Position numbers and translations under genes: made by a program. A model generated the notes under the pieces. It ran no database searches. It saw only the letters and a program-made list of their open reading frames with translations, and was not told the DNA's origin. From Nitrospirota bacterium (GTDB taxonomy: Bacteria; Nitrospirota; UBA9217), in contig CAVUHW010000006.1 in the NCBI GenBank assembly GCA_963741205.1, positions 1 through 64,000 on the forward strand: a DNA stretch of 64,000 nucleotides, read 5' to 3'. Positions 1-9,942 of the stretch are shown here, piece by piece. Every line of letters begins with the position of its first letter. Positions within the stretch are counted from its first letter, which is position 1.

Positions 1-1019
1 CTTTAAGAAAGGCCATATCATCCGGGAAGAGGACGTATGTCACCTCCAGCGGCTCGGCAAGGAACATCTTTTTGTGCTTCAGGTCGCAGAAGACGAAATG
101 CACGAGAATGACGCCGCCTATGCCATTGCGCGGTCGCTCATGGGAATCGGTGTCGCGATCAAGGGCGAACCGAAAGAAGGGAAAATCAGCATCATCGCGG
201 AACGTGATGGGCTGCTGAAGATAGACCGTGACGCACTCCTTGCGTTCAATATGCTGGGCGAGGTAATGTGCGCAACGCTGCACACAATACACTTGTCAAA
301 AGAGGACAGACGGTTGCGGGGACGAGGGCGATTCCGTTGGTGGTGAAGAAGAGCGTGGTGGAAGAGGCGGCAGGTCGCTGAACAGTGCGAAATGCCCCCC
401 TCACCCCCCCTCTCCCCTCGGGAGAGGGAGGGGAAAAGCTTCCTCTCCTCTCAGGTGAGAGGATTGAGGTGAGGGGTGGTGTATCGAAGTGAAGAAACTC
501 GCAACCCCGCGTCGGCGTCGTGATCACCGGAAACGAGGTATATCACGGCAGGATCAAGGACGCCTTCGCGCCAGTCATCACGAAGAAGATCAGGAGCTCG
601 ACGGGGAGCTTGTGGGCGTCTATTATGCGCCTGACGACAAGGCGTTTATCGTGGACAGGCTTCGGGAATTGTTGAATGCCGGGGCCGATCTGCTTATCAC
701 CACGGGCGGCATGTCCGTTGATCCCGATGACGTGACACGGTTCGCAATCCGGGAACTCGGCGCTTCAGATATAACTTATGGCTCAGCTGTTCTCCCGGGC
801 GCTATGTTCCTGATCGCATATCTTGGGGCTGTTCCCATCCTCGGCATTCCCGCCTGCGGTATGTATGCCAAGACGACGATCTTCGATCTGATCCTGCCAC
901 GAGTCCTTGCCGGGGAAAAGATCGGGCGGCGGGACCTTGCCGCGCTGGGCCATGGGGGCCTGTGTTTGAAGTGCGACGTATGCCGCTATCCGGTCTGTCC
1001 TTTCGGGAAACAGGGGTAG
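1..1019 (+). CDS. Molybdopterin-binding (MoeA-like/MoCF_biosynth domain) protein, 5'-truncated by window edge, several apparent frameshifts
   Basis: Stitched frames give FKKGHIIREEDVCHLQRLGKEHLFV...GEVMCATLH...VAGTRAIPLVV...VGVVITGNEVYHGRIKDAF...LITTGGMSVDPDDVT...YGSAVLPGAMFL...GHGGLCLKCDVCRYPVCPFGK, typical of this family including the C-terminal Cys cluster. Confidence 0.85.
397..476. repeat. CCCTCACCCC/CCCTCTCCC-GGGAGAGGG palindromic repeat inserted inside the MoeA-like gene
   Basis: CCCCTCACC (397) pairs with GGTGAGGGG (468-476), with internal hairpins CCCTCTCCC-ctc-GGGAGAGGG and CCTCTC-ctctcaggt-GAGAGG; the same family occurs intergenically at 59278-59314. Confidence 0.8.
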
Positions 1020-1108
1020 GAGAAATCTTCCGTACATCCGCGAATAGCGATGTAAAGCAAATCAACTTCAATGACGACGAGAACCGCTGAGCGAACAGCA
1101 ATAAGCAC

Positions 1109-1158
1109 TTGACAAACCGGCTTCATATCATTATCATATAAATTATTATTGATATGAG
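1109..1158 (+). promoter_or_regulatory. sigma70 promoter with overlapping putative ArsR operator
   Basis: TTGACA(1109)-N17-TATCAT(1132); imperfect palindrome CATATAAA-TTATTA-TTGATATG overlapping the -10/start region ahead of the ars operon. Confidence 0.6.
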
Positions 1159-1160
1159 GT

Positions 1161-2125
1161 GTGGGAATGTTAAAGGACTTTGCTCACTATCTGGTGTACG
1201 ACCTGTTCGGTATGGAGCAGGAAGCGCGCTTATCTGATGTCCTTGAATTCTTTATTTACGATACGATCAAGATATTCCTGCTGCTCTCCGTCATCATCTT
1301 CGTTGTTTCCGTCATCCGGTCCTACTTTCCGCCTGAGCGGACGAAGCGCATCCTTTCGCATAAACGGGAATTTATAGGTAATATTCTGGCCGCTCTTCTG
1401 GGCATCGTCACGCCGTTCTGCTCCTGCTCCGCGGTCCCGCTCTTTATCGGTTTTGTCGAGGCGGGGGTGCCTCTCGGCGTAACCTTTTCCTTTCTGATTT
1501 CTTCGCCCATGGTGAACGAAGTTGCGGTCGTGCTTCTCTGGGGTCTTTTCGGCTGGAAGATCGCGGTGATCTATATGAGCGCCGGGCTGTCGGTTGCCAT
1601 CATCGCGGGCTTCATCATCGGCAAGCTCAAGCTCGAAAAATGGGTAGAGGAATATGTCTACAAGATCACAATCGATGGGTGCTGCAGTCGAGCATCGGTC
1701 AAGCAGACATTCAAGGACCGGCTTGTATACGCACGCGCTAATACCGATGGAAATCCTGCAAAAGGTCTGGCTGTATGTGATCATCGCCATAGGCATCGGC
1801 GGATTCATCCACGGATATGCACCTGACGACTTTCTCGCACGATATGCCGGGAACGACAATCCCTTTGCGCGTTCCGCTCGCTGTCGCAATCGGCGTTCCG
1901 CTTTATTCCAACGCCGCAGGCGTGATCCCGATCGTGTATGCCCTCATGGAGAAGGGGATGAGCATGGGCACGGTGCTGGCCTTCATGATGGCGGTCACGG
2001 CCCTGTCGCTGCCCGAGATGATCATTCTCCGGAAGGTGCTTAAGATAAAGCTCCTTGCCGTGTTCGTGGGGATCATGACAGTCACTATCATCGGCGTGGG
2101 GTATCTGTTCAATGCGATTCTTATA
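1161..2125 (+). CDS. arsP: ArsP/DUF318-family permease (frameshifted near 1740, 1870 and at the 3' end; end approximate)
   Basis: TPFCSCSAVPLFIGF, FLISSPMVNE, GVPLYSNAAG and FMMAVTALSLPE motifs; first gene of an ars operon. Confidence 0.85.
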
Positions 2126-2138
2126 GGAGGATCGGATT

Positions 2139-2381
2139 ATGGAAATCAAAGTGCTCGGTCCAGGATGTGCGAATTGTCACAAGATGGAAGAAATGGCGAA
2201 GCAGGCTGTCAAGGAACTCGGTATTGATGCCAAGATCGTCAAGATCACGGACATCGGCCAGATAGCGATGCACGGCATACTCTCCACGCCCGGTCTGATC
2301 GTAAACGGTAAGATCAAGCATTCAGGCAAGCCGCTGCCAAGTCTTGAAAAAGTAAAGGAACTGATCAAAGCAGACGACTGA
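2139..2381 (+). CDS. Small redox-active disulfide protein (thioredoxin-like, MTH895 type)
   Basis: IKVLGPGCANC ... GILSTPGLIVNG; RBS GGAGG upstream. Confidence 0.9.
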   Translation: MEIKVLGPGCANCHKMEEMAKQAVKELGIDAKIVKITDIGQIAMHGILSTPGLIVNGKIKHSGKPLPSLEKVKELIKADD

Positions 2382-2398
2382 CACGTGGAGATCCTTCG

Positions 2399-2919
2399 AT
2401 GCTGCTCAAAGGATACCGGGAAGAGATATCAAGACCGGCGTGCAATAATACCTTTCAGTCGTTGCACTGCATCGCCCATCTTGACGATGACATCAGCGAG
2501 GTGCTTCCCTATCTGAACGCCGTCCTGGGGGGAGATACGTACATCAAAAATCCTCCGTCGGTTACGTTCAAGACGCAGGGAAAGCTCATTACCGTTCACG
2601 GCAATAAGATCGCAGTCAATGCCCTGCGGGACGAGGCGGAAGCGCATCATATCCTGGAATGGCTGAAACAGGAGATCAATGACGCCTGGGAGAACCGTGA
2701 GAATATTATCCCGAAATACGACGGGAAGGCTAAGCCGCATATCCTGGATATTTACAAGCTCCTCCCGAAGACCAATTGCCGCAAATGCGGCCAGCCGACG
2801 TGCATGATGTTTCCTCGCTCGCGACCGAAGGGATCAAGGGATACGGGGATTGCCCGGAGATGGACGAGGAAAGCGGGAAAAAGCTGAAGGAGTATCTCAG
2901 CCGATTCCGCTTTGATTGA
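2399..2919 (+). CDS. Putative Fe-S cluster-binding protein (C-terminal LPKTNCxxCGxPTC domain); frameshift near 2815
   Basis: LPYLNAVLG...; LLPKTNCRKCGQPTCMMF, continuing in a shifted frame to ...GDCPEMDEESGKKLKEYLSRFRFD*. Confidence 0.8.
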
Positions 2920-2929
2920 AAGGTGAAAT

Positions 2930-3305
2930 ATGAACGAACTGGTACCCATATTTAAAGCATTGTCCGACGAGACAAGGCTGCGGATCATCAAGCTGTCTGG
3001 AGCAGGGCGAATTGTGCGTTTGCGACATCGTAGCGGCGCTGGACATGGTGCAGCCGAAAGTGTCCTTTCATCTCAGCACCCTGAAAGAGGCGGGACTCAT
3101 TAAAGACCGAAAGCAGGGCAAATGGACTCATTACAGCTTGAGCGATAACGATCTGTTCAGGAGAATGCTGATCCTCTCCGTTAGTGAACGGATGAAGGAC
3201 GGCCCGATTGCCGGGGACAGGAAACGGCTCGAAGCCTTTCTCGTGAGCAAAGAGCAAGGCGGCAAGGTCATGTCGCTTAAATCCAAAGGCCGGTGCTGCG
3301 GTTGA
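2930..3305 (+). CDS. arsR: ArsR/SmtB family arsenic-responsive repressor (frameshift near 2995)
   Basis: MNELVPIFKALSDETRLRIIKL | GELCVCDIVAALDMVQPKVSFHLSTLKEAGLI...KGRCCG. Confidence 0.9.
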
Positions 3306-3388
3306 GGAGAAGTTTCCTGCGGGCTCGCTTATTGCTTTCCAGTCCATGCTGATTGCGTATTGAAAGAGAACAAAGGGGGAGATGAACA

Positions 3389-4468
3389 ATGGCTGAAAAG
3401 GGGGAGAAAAAGCTTTCTTTTATCGACCGTTTCCTTACGCTCTGGATCTTCGCGGCAATGGCCCTCGGGGTCGGCCTCGGGTATTTCATTCAGGGGACCG
3501 AAGCCTTCATCAACAGCTTTCAGGTCGGCACGACCAATATCCCCATCGCGATCGGCCTCATCCTGATGATGTATCCTCCTCTTGCCAAGGTCAAGTACGA
3601 GGAACTCGGCGAGGTCTTCCGGAACAAAAAAGTTCTGGGCCTTTCGCTCGTGCAGAACTGGGTCATCGGCCCGATCCTGATGTTCGCGCTCGCGATCATC
3701 TTCCTCCGGTCCTATCCCGAATACATGGTGGGTCTCATCATGATCGGCCTTGCGCGGTGCATCGCCATGGTCATCGTCTGGAACGACCTTGCCTGCGGCG
3801 ATCCCGAGTACGCGGCCGGTCTCGTGGCGTTCAATTCGATCTTTCAGGTCTTATTCTTTTCCGTCTATGCCTATATCTTCATAACCGTACTGCCGGTCTG
3901 GTTCGGCTTAAAGGGCGTGGTCGTCGATGTGACGATCGGTCAGATCGCGAAGAGCGTGTTTATCTACCTGGGCATTCCCTTTATTGCCGGCATGCTCACA
4001 CGGTTCACCCTCATCAGAATCAAGAGCCGCCAATGGTACGAGACGGTCTTTATCCCGAAGATAAGCCCGATCACGCTTATCTCGCTGCTGTTCACCATCA
4101 TCGTCATGTTCTCGCTCAAAGGCAACTATATCGTCAGGCTTCCGCTCGATGTCGTGCGTATCGCGGTTCCGCTGCTGATCTACTTCGTGGTCATGTTCCT
4201 GGTGTCGTTTTACCTTGGGAAAAAGATCGGGGCGGACTATCCGAAGACCGCGACGCTTTCCTTTACCGCGGCAAGCAATAATTTCGAACTCGCGATCGCT
4301 GTCGCCGTCGCCGTGTTCGGCATCAATTCAGGCGCCGCCTTTGCCGCGGTCATCGGCCCGCTGGTCGAGGTGCCGGTCCTGATCGGCCTCGTGAATGTGG
4401 CGCGGTATTTCCAAAAGAAATATTTTACCGTTGAGTATTGCAAGATAAAGGAATCAACATTCCCCTGA
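3389..4468 (+). CDS. acr3: ACR3-family arsenite efflux transporter
   Basis: [49 protein letters not shown] and GPLVEVPVL signature motifs. Confidence 0.95.
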   Translation: MAEKGEKKLSFIDRFLTLWIFAAMALGVGLGYFIQGTEAFINSFQVGTTNIPIAIGLILMMYPPLAKVKYEELGEVFRNKKVLGLSLVQNWVIGPILMFALAIIFLRSYPEYMVGLIMIGLARCIAMVIVWNDLACGDPEYAAGLVAFNSIFQVLFFSVYAYIFITVLPVWFGLKGVVVDVTIGQIAKSVFIYLGIPFIAGMLTRFTLIRIKSRQWYETVFIPKISPITLISLLFTIIVMFSLKGNYIVRLPLDVVRIAVPLLIYFVVMFLVSFYLGKKIGADYPKTATLSFTAASNNFELAIAVAVAVFGINSGAAFAAVIGPLVEVPVLIGLVNVARYFQKKYFTVEYCKIKESTFP

Positions 4469-4509
4469 AGAGGATGTGCTTAATAATATCCGGGAAGAGG
4501 TGATGGATC

Positions 4510-5226
4510 ATGAAGATCGCGGTATTCGGTGACATACACGGAAACATTGAAGCGCTCAAGGCTGCCTATCAGGCGGCCCTGGCCGCAAAGGCGGAGAAGA
4601 TCTACCACCTCGGGGACCTCGGCGGTTACTCGCCGTTCGTGAATGAGGTCGTTGATTTTCTGGTCGAGCACGGCGTCGAGGGCGTGCAGGGGAATTACGA
4701 CGAGACCGTTGCCAATGACCGGGAACATTGCGGGTGCAAGGCCGAAGACCCGGTCCAGGAAGAGATGGCGAACCGGTCCTTTGAATGGACAAAGCAGCAC
4801 GCGTCGAGGAAGACAAAAGATTATTTGAGAGGCTTACCGTTTTCAATCTCCCTCAGCTCCGAGGGGAAAAAGGTCCTGCTCTTCCATGCGACGCCTTCAA
4901 AGAACAACCTGTACTGGTATGAGGACAGGCCGGAGAAGTTCTTCCGGGAGATGGCCGAGAAGATGGATGCCGACATCATGGTCTATGGCCATACTCACAA
5001 ACCGTATCGGAAGGATTTCGGCGGCAAGGTCTTCATCAATGCCGGCAGTGTGGGCAAACCGAAAGACGGAGATCCGAGGGCCTGCGTGACGTTGATCGAC
5101 ATAACCGCTGACAACGTGAACGTCGAGTTTCTGCGGGTCCCTTATGATGTCAACAAGGCTGCAGAGGCTATTGTTGCGAGCGGATTGCCTCCCTACTTCG
5201 CCGAGAAACTCAAGTTAGCCAGGTAA
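4510..5226 (+). CDS. Calcineurin-like metallophosphoesterase with CGC motif
   Basis: GDIHGN, HLGDLGGY, QGNYD, YGHTHKP, NAGSVGKPKDGDPRA; HCGC motif. Confidence 0.9.
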   Translation: MKIAVFGDIHGNIEALKAAYQAALAAKAEKIYHLGDLGGYSPFVNEVVDFLVEHGVEGVQGNYDETVANDREHCGCKAEDPVQEEMANRSFEWTKQHASRKTKDYLRGLPFSISLSSEGKKVLLFHATPSKNNLYWYEDRPEKFFREMAEKMDADIMVYGHTHKPYRKDFGGKVFINAGSVGKPKDGDPRACVTLIDITADNVNVEFLRVPYDVNKAAEAIVASGLPPYFAEKLKLAR

Positions 5227-5324
5227 GCGATATGGATGCCCTGTTCAGTAACATCCAGCATGTCTACAGAACCAGCAGGGGATGGCTTTTCTTGCCGTCT
5301 TCGTTCAGGGCAGGAAAGAAACCC

Positions 5325-5372
5325 TTGACACGAACGCGGAAGCCTGCTATTGTTGTGTGCATATGCACATAA
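5325..5372 (+). promoter_or_regulatory. sigma70 promoter plus perfect palindromic operator, probably bound by the DUF134 protein
   Basis: TTGACA(5325)-N17-TATTGT(5348), followed by the perfect 14-bp palindrome TGTGCATATGCACA (5356-5369). Confidence 0.7.
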
Positions 5373-5387
5373 TAAGAGAGGGCCATT

Positions 5388-5663
5388 ATGTCTCCCCGAT
5401 GTAAGAAACCGCGGAATTGTCAATGTAAGTTCAAGGGGAAAGCCTTTAAACCAACGGGGATGCCGATGTCCGAGGTCCGGCAGATTTTACTGCCCCGGGA
5501 TGAGCTCGAGGCCTTGAGGCTTTGCGATCTCGATGACCTTACCCAGGAAGAGGCCGGCGCCAGGATGGGCGTATCGCGGGGGACCGTTCAGAGGATGCTT
5601 TCCGCAGCTCGAAAGAAGGTGGCGATGGCCCTTACCCAGGGCGGGGCCATCGTATTTGAATAA
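5388..5663 (+). CDS. DUF134 (COG1342) HTH DNA-binding protein
   Basis: PRCKKPR...FKPTG...ELEALRLCDLDDLTQEEAGARMGVSRGTVQRMLSAARKKVA. Confidence 0.9.
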   Translation: MSPRCKKPRNCQCKFKGKAFKPTGMPMSEVRQILLPRDELEALRLCDLDDLTQEEAGARMGVSRGTVQRMLSAARKKVAMALTQGGAIVFE

Positions 5664-5698
5664 TCGTTGCATCAATCTCAACACAGGAGGACCATTCC

Positions 5699-6079
5699 AT
5701 GAAGGTCTGTTTTCCAGCACAGAAAGATGACGGACTCGACAGCACGGTGTACAACCATTTCGGATCGGCGCCGCTATTTTTGGTCGTCGATACGGAAACA
5801 AACGGTCTTGCTACAATCAACAACCAGGACCAGCACCACTCCCATGGGGCGTGCAACCCGATGAAGGCGCTCGATAATCAGCGGGTAGACGCCATTGTCG
5901 TCGGCGGCATCGGCGCGGGCGCGCTCACCAGGCTAAACCAGATGGGGATAAGGGTTCATCGTTCACAGGCGGAGACGATACGGGAAAACATGTCGATGTT
6001 CGCTTCGCAGAGCCTTCCGGAATTGACGGTCCAGGGGTGCTGCGGCGGACACAGCAAAGATGGGGGATGCGCCCACTAA
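5699..6079 (+). CDS. NifB/NifX-family (dinitrogenase FeMo-cofactor-binding domain) protein with Cys/His-rich tail
   Basis: HFGSAPLFLVVD, HHSHGACNP, DAIVVGGIGAGA, C-terminal CCGGHSKDGGCAH. Confidence 0.88.
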   Translation: MKVCFPAQKDDGLDSTVYNHFGSAPLFLVVDTETNGLATINNQDQHHSHGACNPMKALDNQRVDAIVVGGIGAGALTRLNQMGIRVHRSQAETIRENMSMFASQSLPELTVQGCCGGHSKDGGCAH

Positions 6080-6118
6080 TTATTTTCACCCGGGAATGGA
6101 AAAAGGAGGATATGCCCC

Positions 6119-6449
6119 ATGGAAATTCTGAATCAGGCGCGTGGTTATTCCTACCTGCTCGGCGTGCTGAAAACCCAGCAGGCGGATCCCTATTGCCGTT
6201 CCTGCAATGCCTTCAACAAGACCCTCCTGGCGGTCAAAGAAAATCTGGAAAAATTCGAAACCGAACATCACGCTGAAATACAGAACCTATCAGCAGAGTT
6301 TTCCGCCCTCTTTGCAGAAGCAAAGAGGGGAATAGCCGCCATGCAGCAGCCGGAAAACCCCGATGAGCCAGAAGAAAGCGGGAAACTGCAAGCTTCCGGA
6401 GGGCGTCTGTTTCACAAAATTGTCGCTCGCCATTTTTCAAAAAGTCTGA
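6119..6449 (+). CDS. Hypothetical helical protein with 4 Cys (frameshift near 6368)
   Basis: RBS AGGAGG; YCRSCNAF; corrected C-terminus KKAGNCKLPEGVCFTKLSLAIFQKV*. Confidence 0.6.
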
Positions 6450-6481
6450 CTTGCCTTATATACAATATCTGGCAACTGGAA

Positions 6482-6515
6482 GCGCCGGCCGGGAAGCCCC
6501 CTGCCGGCGTTTTCT
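6482..6515 (+). terminator. Rho-independent terminator
   Basis: CGCCGGC...GCCGGCG stem followed by TTTTCT. Confidence 0.6.
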
Positions 6516-6705
6516 GTTGAAACAGGAACAGGGTGCAGTCGTCGGACGACCGGCTGCTATCCGGTGAGTGCAGCGTCCCTCGTTGCTTGCCGAACGTATC
6601 TTCATCGCCTATACTAAGAGTATCAGACGCTGGCGGGACTCGGACAGTTCGGCCTGCCTGACATTTGTCCTCTTTTCGAATCCGACTTGTTCTCCGGAGG
6701 TGCTC

Positions 6706-8149
6706 GTGATACAGCCGCAGGACGTGAAAAAAACCGTGGCCAGGCATCGTTTTGGCCGAGGGGTTCGACGTCATCTTCGACGAGGACAAGTCCCGGGGCT
6801 CCTGGCTCGTGGACAAGCGAAACGGCGACCGCTATCTCGATTTCTTCTCCATGTACGCCTCCATGGCCGTGGGTTACAACCATCCGCGTCTGGTCGAGGC
6901 CCGGGACGAGCTGGGACGCCTGGCAGTGAACAAGCCGACCAATTCCGACGTGTACACGACGGCGTTGGCGGAATTCGTCGAGACCTTTTCCCGGATCGGC
7001 ATGCCGGCCCATCTTCCCCATGCCTTCTTCATCGACGGCGGCACACTGGCCGTGGAAAACGCTTTAAAGACCGCCTTTGACTGGAAGGTCCGGAAAAACC
7101 TTGGCCGCGGCATCGGACGCGAAGCCGGGACCAAGGTCATCCACTTCCGCCAGGCCTTTCATGGCCGGAGCGGCTATACGCTCTCGCTCACCAACACCTT
7201 CGATCCGCGCAAGACCGACTTCTACCCGAAATTCTCCTGGCCGCGCATCGTGAATCCGAAGATCACCTTTCCCCTGACTGAGGAAAATCTCGCAAAGGTG
7301 CGGGCGCTCGAGGAAGAGGCCCTGCAGGAGATTCGCCGAGTCATCGACAAAGAGGGCGAAGACATTGCTGCCCTGATCATCGAACCGATCCAGGGTGAAG
7401 GCGGGGACAACCATTTTCGCGGGGAGTTCTTCCAGGCGCTCCGTACGATCTGCGACGGGCACGACATCATGCTCGTCTTCGACGAGGTCCAGACCGGGGT
7501 GGGCCTGACCGGCAGGTTCTGGGCCTACGAACATTTCGACGTAAAGCCGGACATCCTCTGTTTCGGCAAAAAGACCCAGGTCTGCGGGATGCTGGCCTCC
7601 CGCCGCGTTGATGAGGCCGGCTGCAACGTGTTCACGGAAAGGAGCCGCATCGGTTCCACCTTCGGCGGCAACATCGTGGACATGGCCCGCTTCACCCGGA
7701 TCCTGCGCATCATCGAGGAGGAGAGGCTGGTCGAAAACGCCCGCATCCAGGGGGATCTGCTGCTTGCGGAGCTTCAGAATATTTCCCGGGAGTTTCCCGA
7801 TGTGATCTCGAACGCCAGGGGCCGGGGACTGATGTGCGCCATCGATGCACGGGACACCTTGACGCGGAACCAGCTCTTGATGGCCTTCCTGCAGGAAAAA
7901 CTGCTCATGGTCGCGTGCGGAGAGAAGAGCATCCGCTTCCGGCCGCATCTCGTCGTCACGGCCGACGAAATCCGGCAGGGGACCGGGATCATCCGCAAGG
8001 TCCTCTGCAAGGGGATTACGCCGGATGGAGATTGCAGCGGACGCTTGTCCGAGAGGCGGGACGTGAGGATCGATTGCGGAATGCGAATAACCAAACGACC
8101 AGGGGTATGCTTGCCTAACCTCCAGACCCGAGGCAGGGAGACATTATGA
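6706..8149 (+). CDS. lat: L-lysine 6-transaminase (class III PLP aminotransferase); frameshift near 6750, probably another near the C-terminus
   Basis: RBS GGAGG + GTG 6706 (MIQPQDVKKTVARH|LAEGFD); YLDFFSMYAS, NKPTNSDVY, GTLAVENALKTAFDWK, AFHGRSGYTLSLTNT, IEPIQGEGGDNHF, DEVQTG, FGKKTQVCG and STFGGN are diagnostic LAT motifs. Confidence 0.93.
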
Positions 8150-9765
8150 CATACCGGGAACGAATCCGGTTTTGAGCGTTAATGGTGTGATGGTGCAAGA
8201 AAGCTGTCGGATAAACTTCGAGGACTGGTGCACGGCCAGGTACTTGACGATGAAAAGGCCCTTCTGCAGTTTTCGCAGGACCGGAGCATCTATGAGATCA
8301 AACCGCTCGCGGTCGTGTTGCCGGAAGATGATGAGGACGTCCGAAAGCTTGTCGAGTTTGCGCGAAGGGAAGGCGTGCCAATCACGGCTCGCGGCGGGGG
8401 ATCGGGCCTGGCAGGGAGCGCGCTCGGTGAAGGGCTCATCATGGCCCTTCCCAAAAACGAGTTCTGGGGCAGAATCAGCGGCTTTTCCGCGAACGCACGC
8501 CAAGCAACAGTTACGGCCTCGGCCGGTGTCTATCATAACGAACTCCAGAAATTTCTGAAGGAGCGGGGGTTCTTTCTTCCGGCCGATGTCACGAGCGCGG
8601 AGATCAGCCGCATAGGCGGCAACATCGCCACCAGGGCGAGCGGACCCCACGCGCTCAAATACGGCTCCATCGACCGTTTTCTGGAATCCGTGCAGTTCAT
8701 CACCGCAGAGGGAGAGCTGGTTGACACTGCGGACGAAACCACGATACCGAAGCGGTTCAAGGAGAAGCTGGCCGACCTGGAGCAGAAGGATCAAGGCGGA
8801 CGATGCGGCGAGAGACCGGTTGGAGTCCCGGTCCGGATTGAAGACAGCCAGCGGTTATAATCTCTTTTCCTTTTTGGGCGACCTGTCCCCGGGGCAGCGA
8901 ATTGCGCAGCTCCTTGCGGGCAGCGTAGGAACGCTGGGCCTCATCACCCGCGCCGTTCTCCGGGCCGAGGTCTACGAGCGCGACCTGGCTGCCGTTCTAT
9001 TTTATTTCGACGGTCTGGCCGAGGCCGGCAGGGCGGTCTCCGATTTACGCAAGCTCGATGTGGCCGCGATCGAACTCATCAGCCGTGAGACTATCCGCAT
9101 CATAAGGGACCGGATGTCTCTGCCTGAAGGATTGGCCCCTGACGCGCACCTGCTTTTCGTGGAGCTGACAGGGCCGGAATTAGAGGGGAAGGTCAAGGAT
9201 GTTGTTCATAGTTTTCATCATGCCGGCCACCGGATGAGCAATACCCCGGTCATCGTCACGGTTCATGATGAGGTTGAAAAGCTCTGGCACCTGCGGAAAC
9301 AGATCCTGTGGCTGGTCGAGCACCCGCAGCCCGGCCTCCGGGCCCTTGCGGTGGCCAATGACGTAGGAGTCCCGGTGGACCGCCTGGCCGAATTCATCTA
9401 CGATGTCCAAAAGGTTTTCGCCAAGCACGGCATTCTCGCGCTCGTTTACGGTCATGCCGGAAACGGCAATCTCCATCTGCGGCCGCTCTTCGATCTGTAC
9501 CATGCCCGACATCCGGGGGCGCATTCAACGGTTCGTCGATGACGTCTATGAAGTCGTATTTCGTCACGGCGGCACCATGACCGCCGAACACGGCATGGGC
9601 AGAATCCGGGCGCCCTATCTGAAAAAAGAATGGGGTGAAGCCCTGTACAATTATATGCGGGAGGTCAAGAGCATCTTCGATCCGCAGGATATCCTCAATC
9701 CGGGCGTCATGTTCAGCGACGGGCCGATCACCGATCATATGAGGGCGGATTTGCTGGAACCGTGA
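8146..9765 (+). CDS. FAD-linked D-2-hydroxyacid dehydrogenase (VAO/PCMH family, GlcD/D2HGDH-like, no C-terminal Fe-S domain); about 3 frameshifts
   Basis: ITARGGGSGLAGSALG, IGGNIATRASGPHALKYG, GSVGTLGLIT, YGHAGNGNLHLRP, AEHGMG, FDPQDILNPG. Confidence 0.85.
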
Positions 9766-9778
9766 GACGAAGATGATT

Positions 9779-9925
9779 GAACCACGGGTTCGCTGCGCGA
9801 ACACACACCTGCACTCGCGCTGGCGCACTCGTAACCGCTGGGTGCAGGCAGATGAACACGGTTTGAATTATAAAATCTGAAGCATTGAATCCGTTTTACC
9901 GTGTGCGCCGCAGGCGCCTGTGGTT
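9779..9925. repeat. Nested palindromic intergenic repeat (AACCACGG...CCTGTGGTT with CAGATGAACACGG unit)
   Basis: Outer IR AACCACGGG/CCTGTGGTT; inner CCTGCAC...GTGCAGG; GCAGATGAAC unit shared with the decamer repeat at 60869. Confidence 0.55.
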
Positions 9926-9942
9926 ATAATCGTCTTTAACGT

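Noticed and set aside
5699-6079. Evidence for nitrogen fixation from the NifX-family gene
   Set aside because: The family is widespread in non-diazotrophs; no nif structural genes in the window
6520-6705. Lysine riboswitch upstream of lat
   Set aside because: No recognisable L-box conserved elements by eye; an Rfam scan would be decisive
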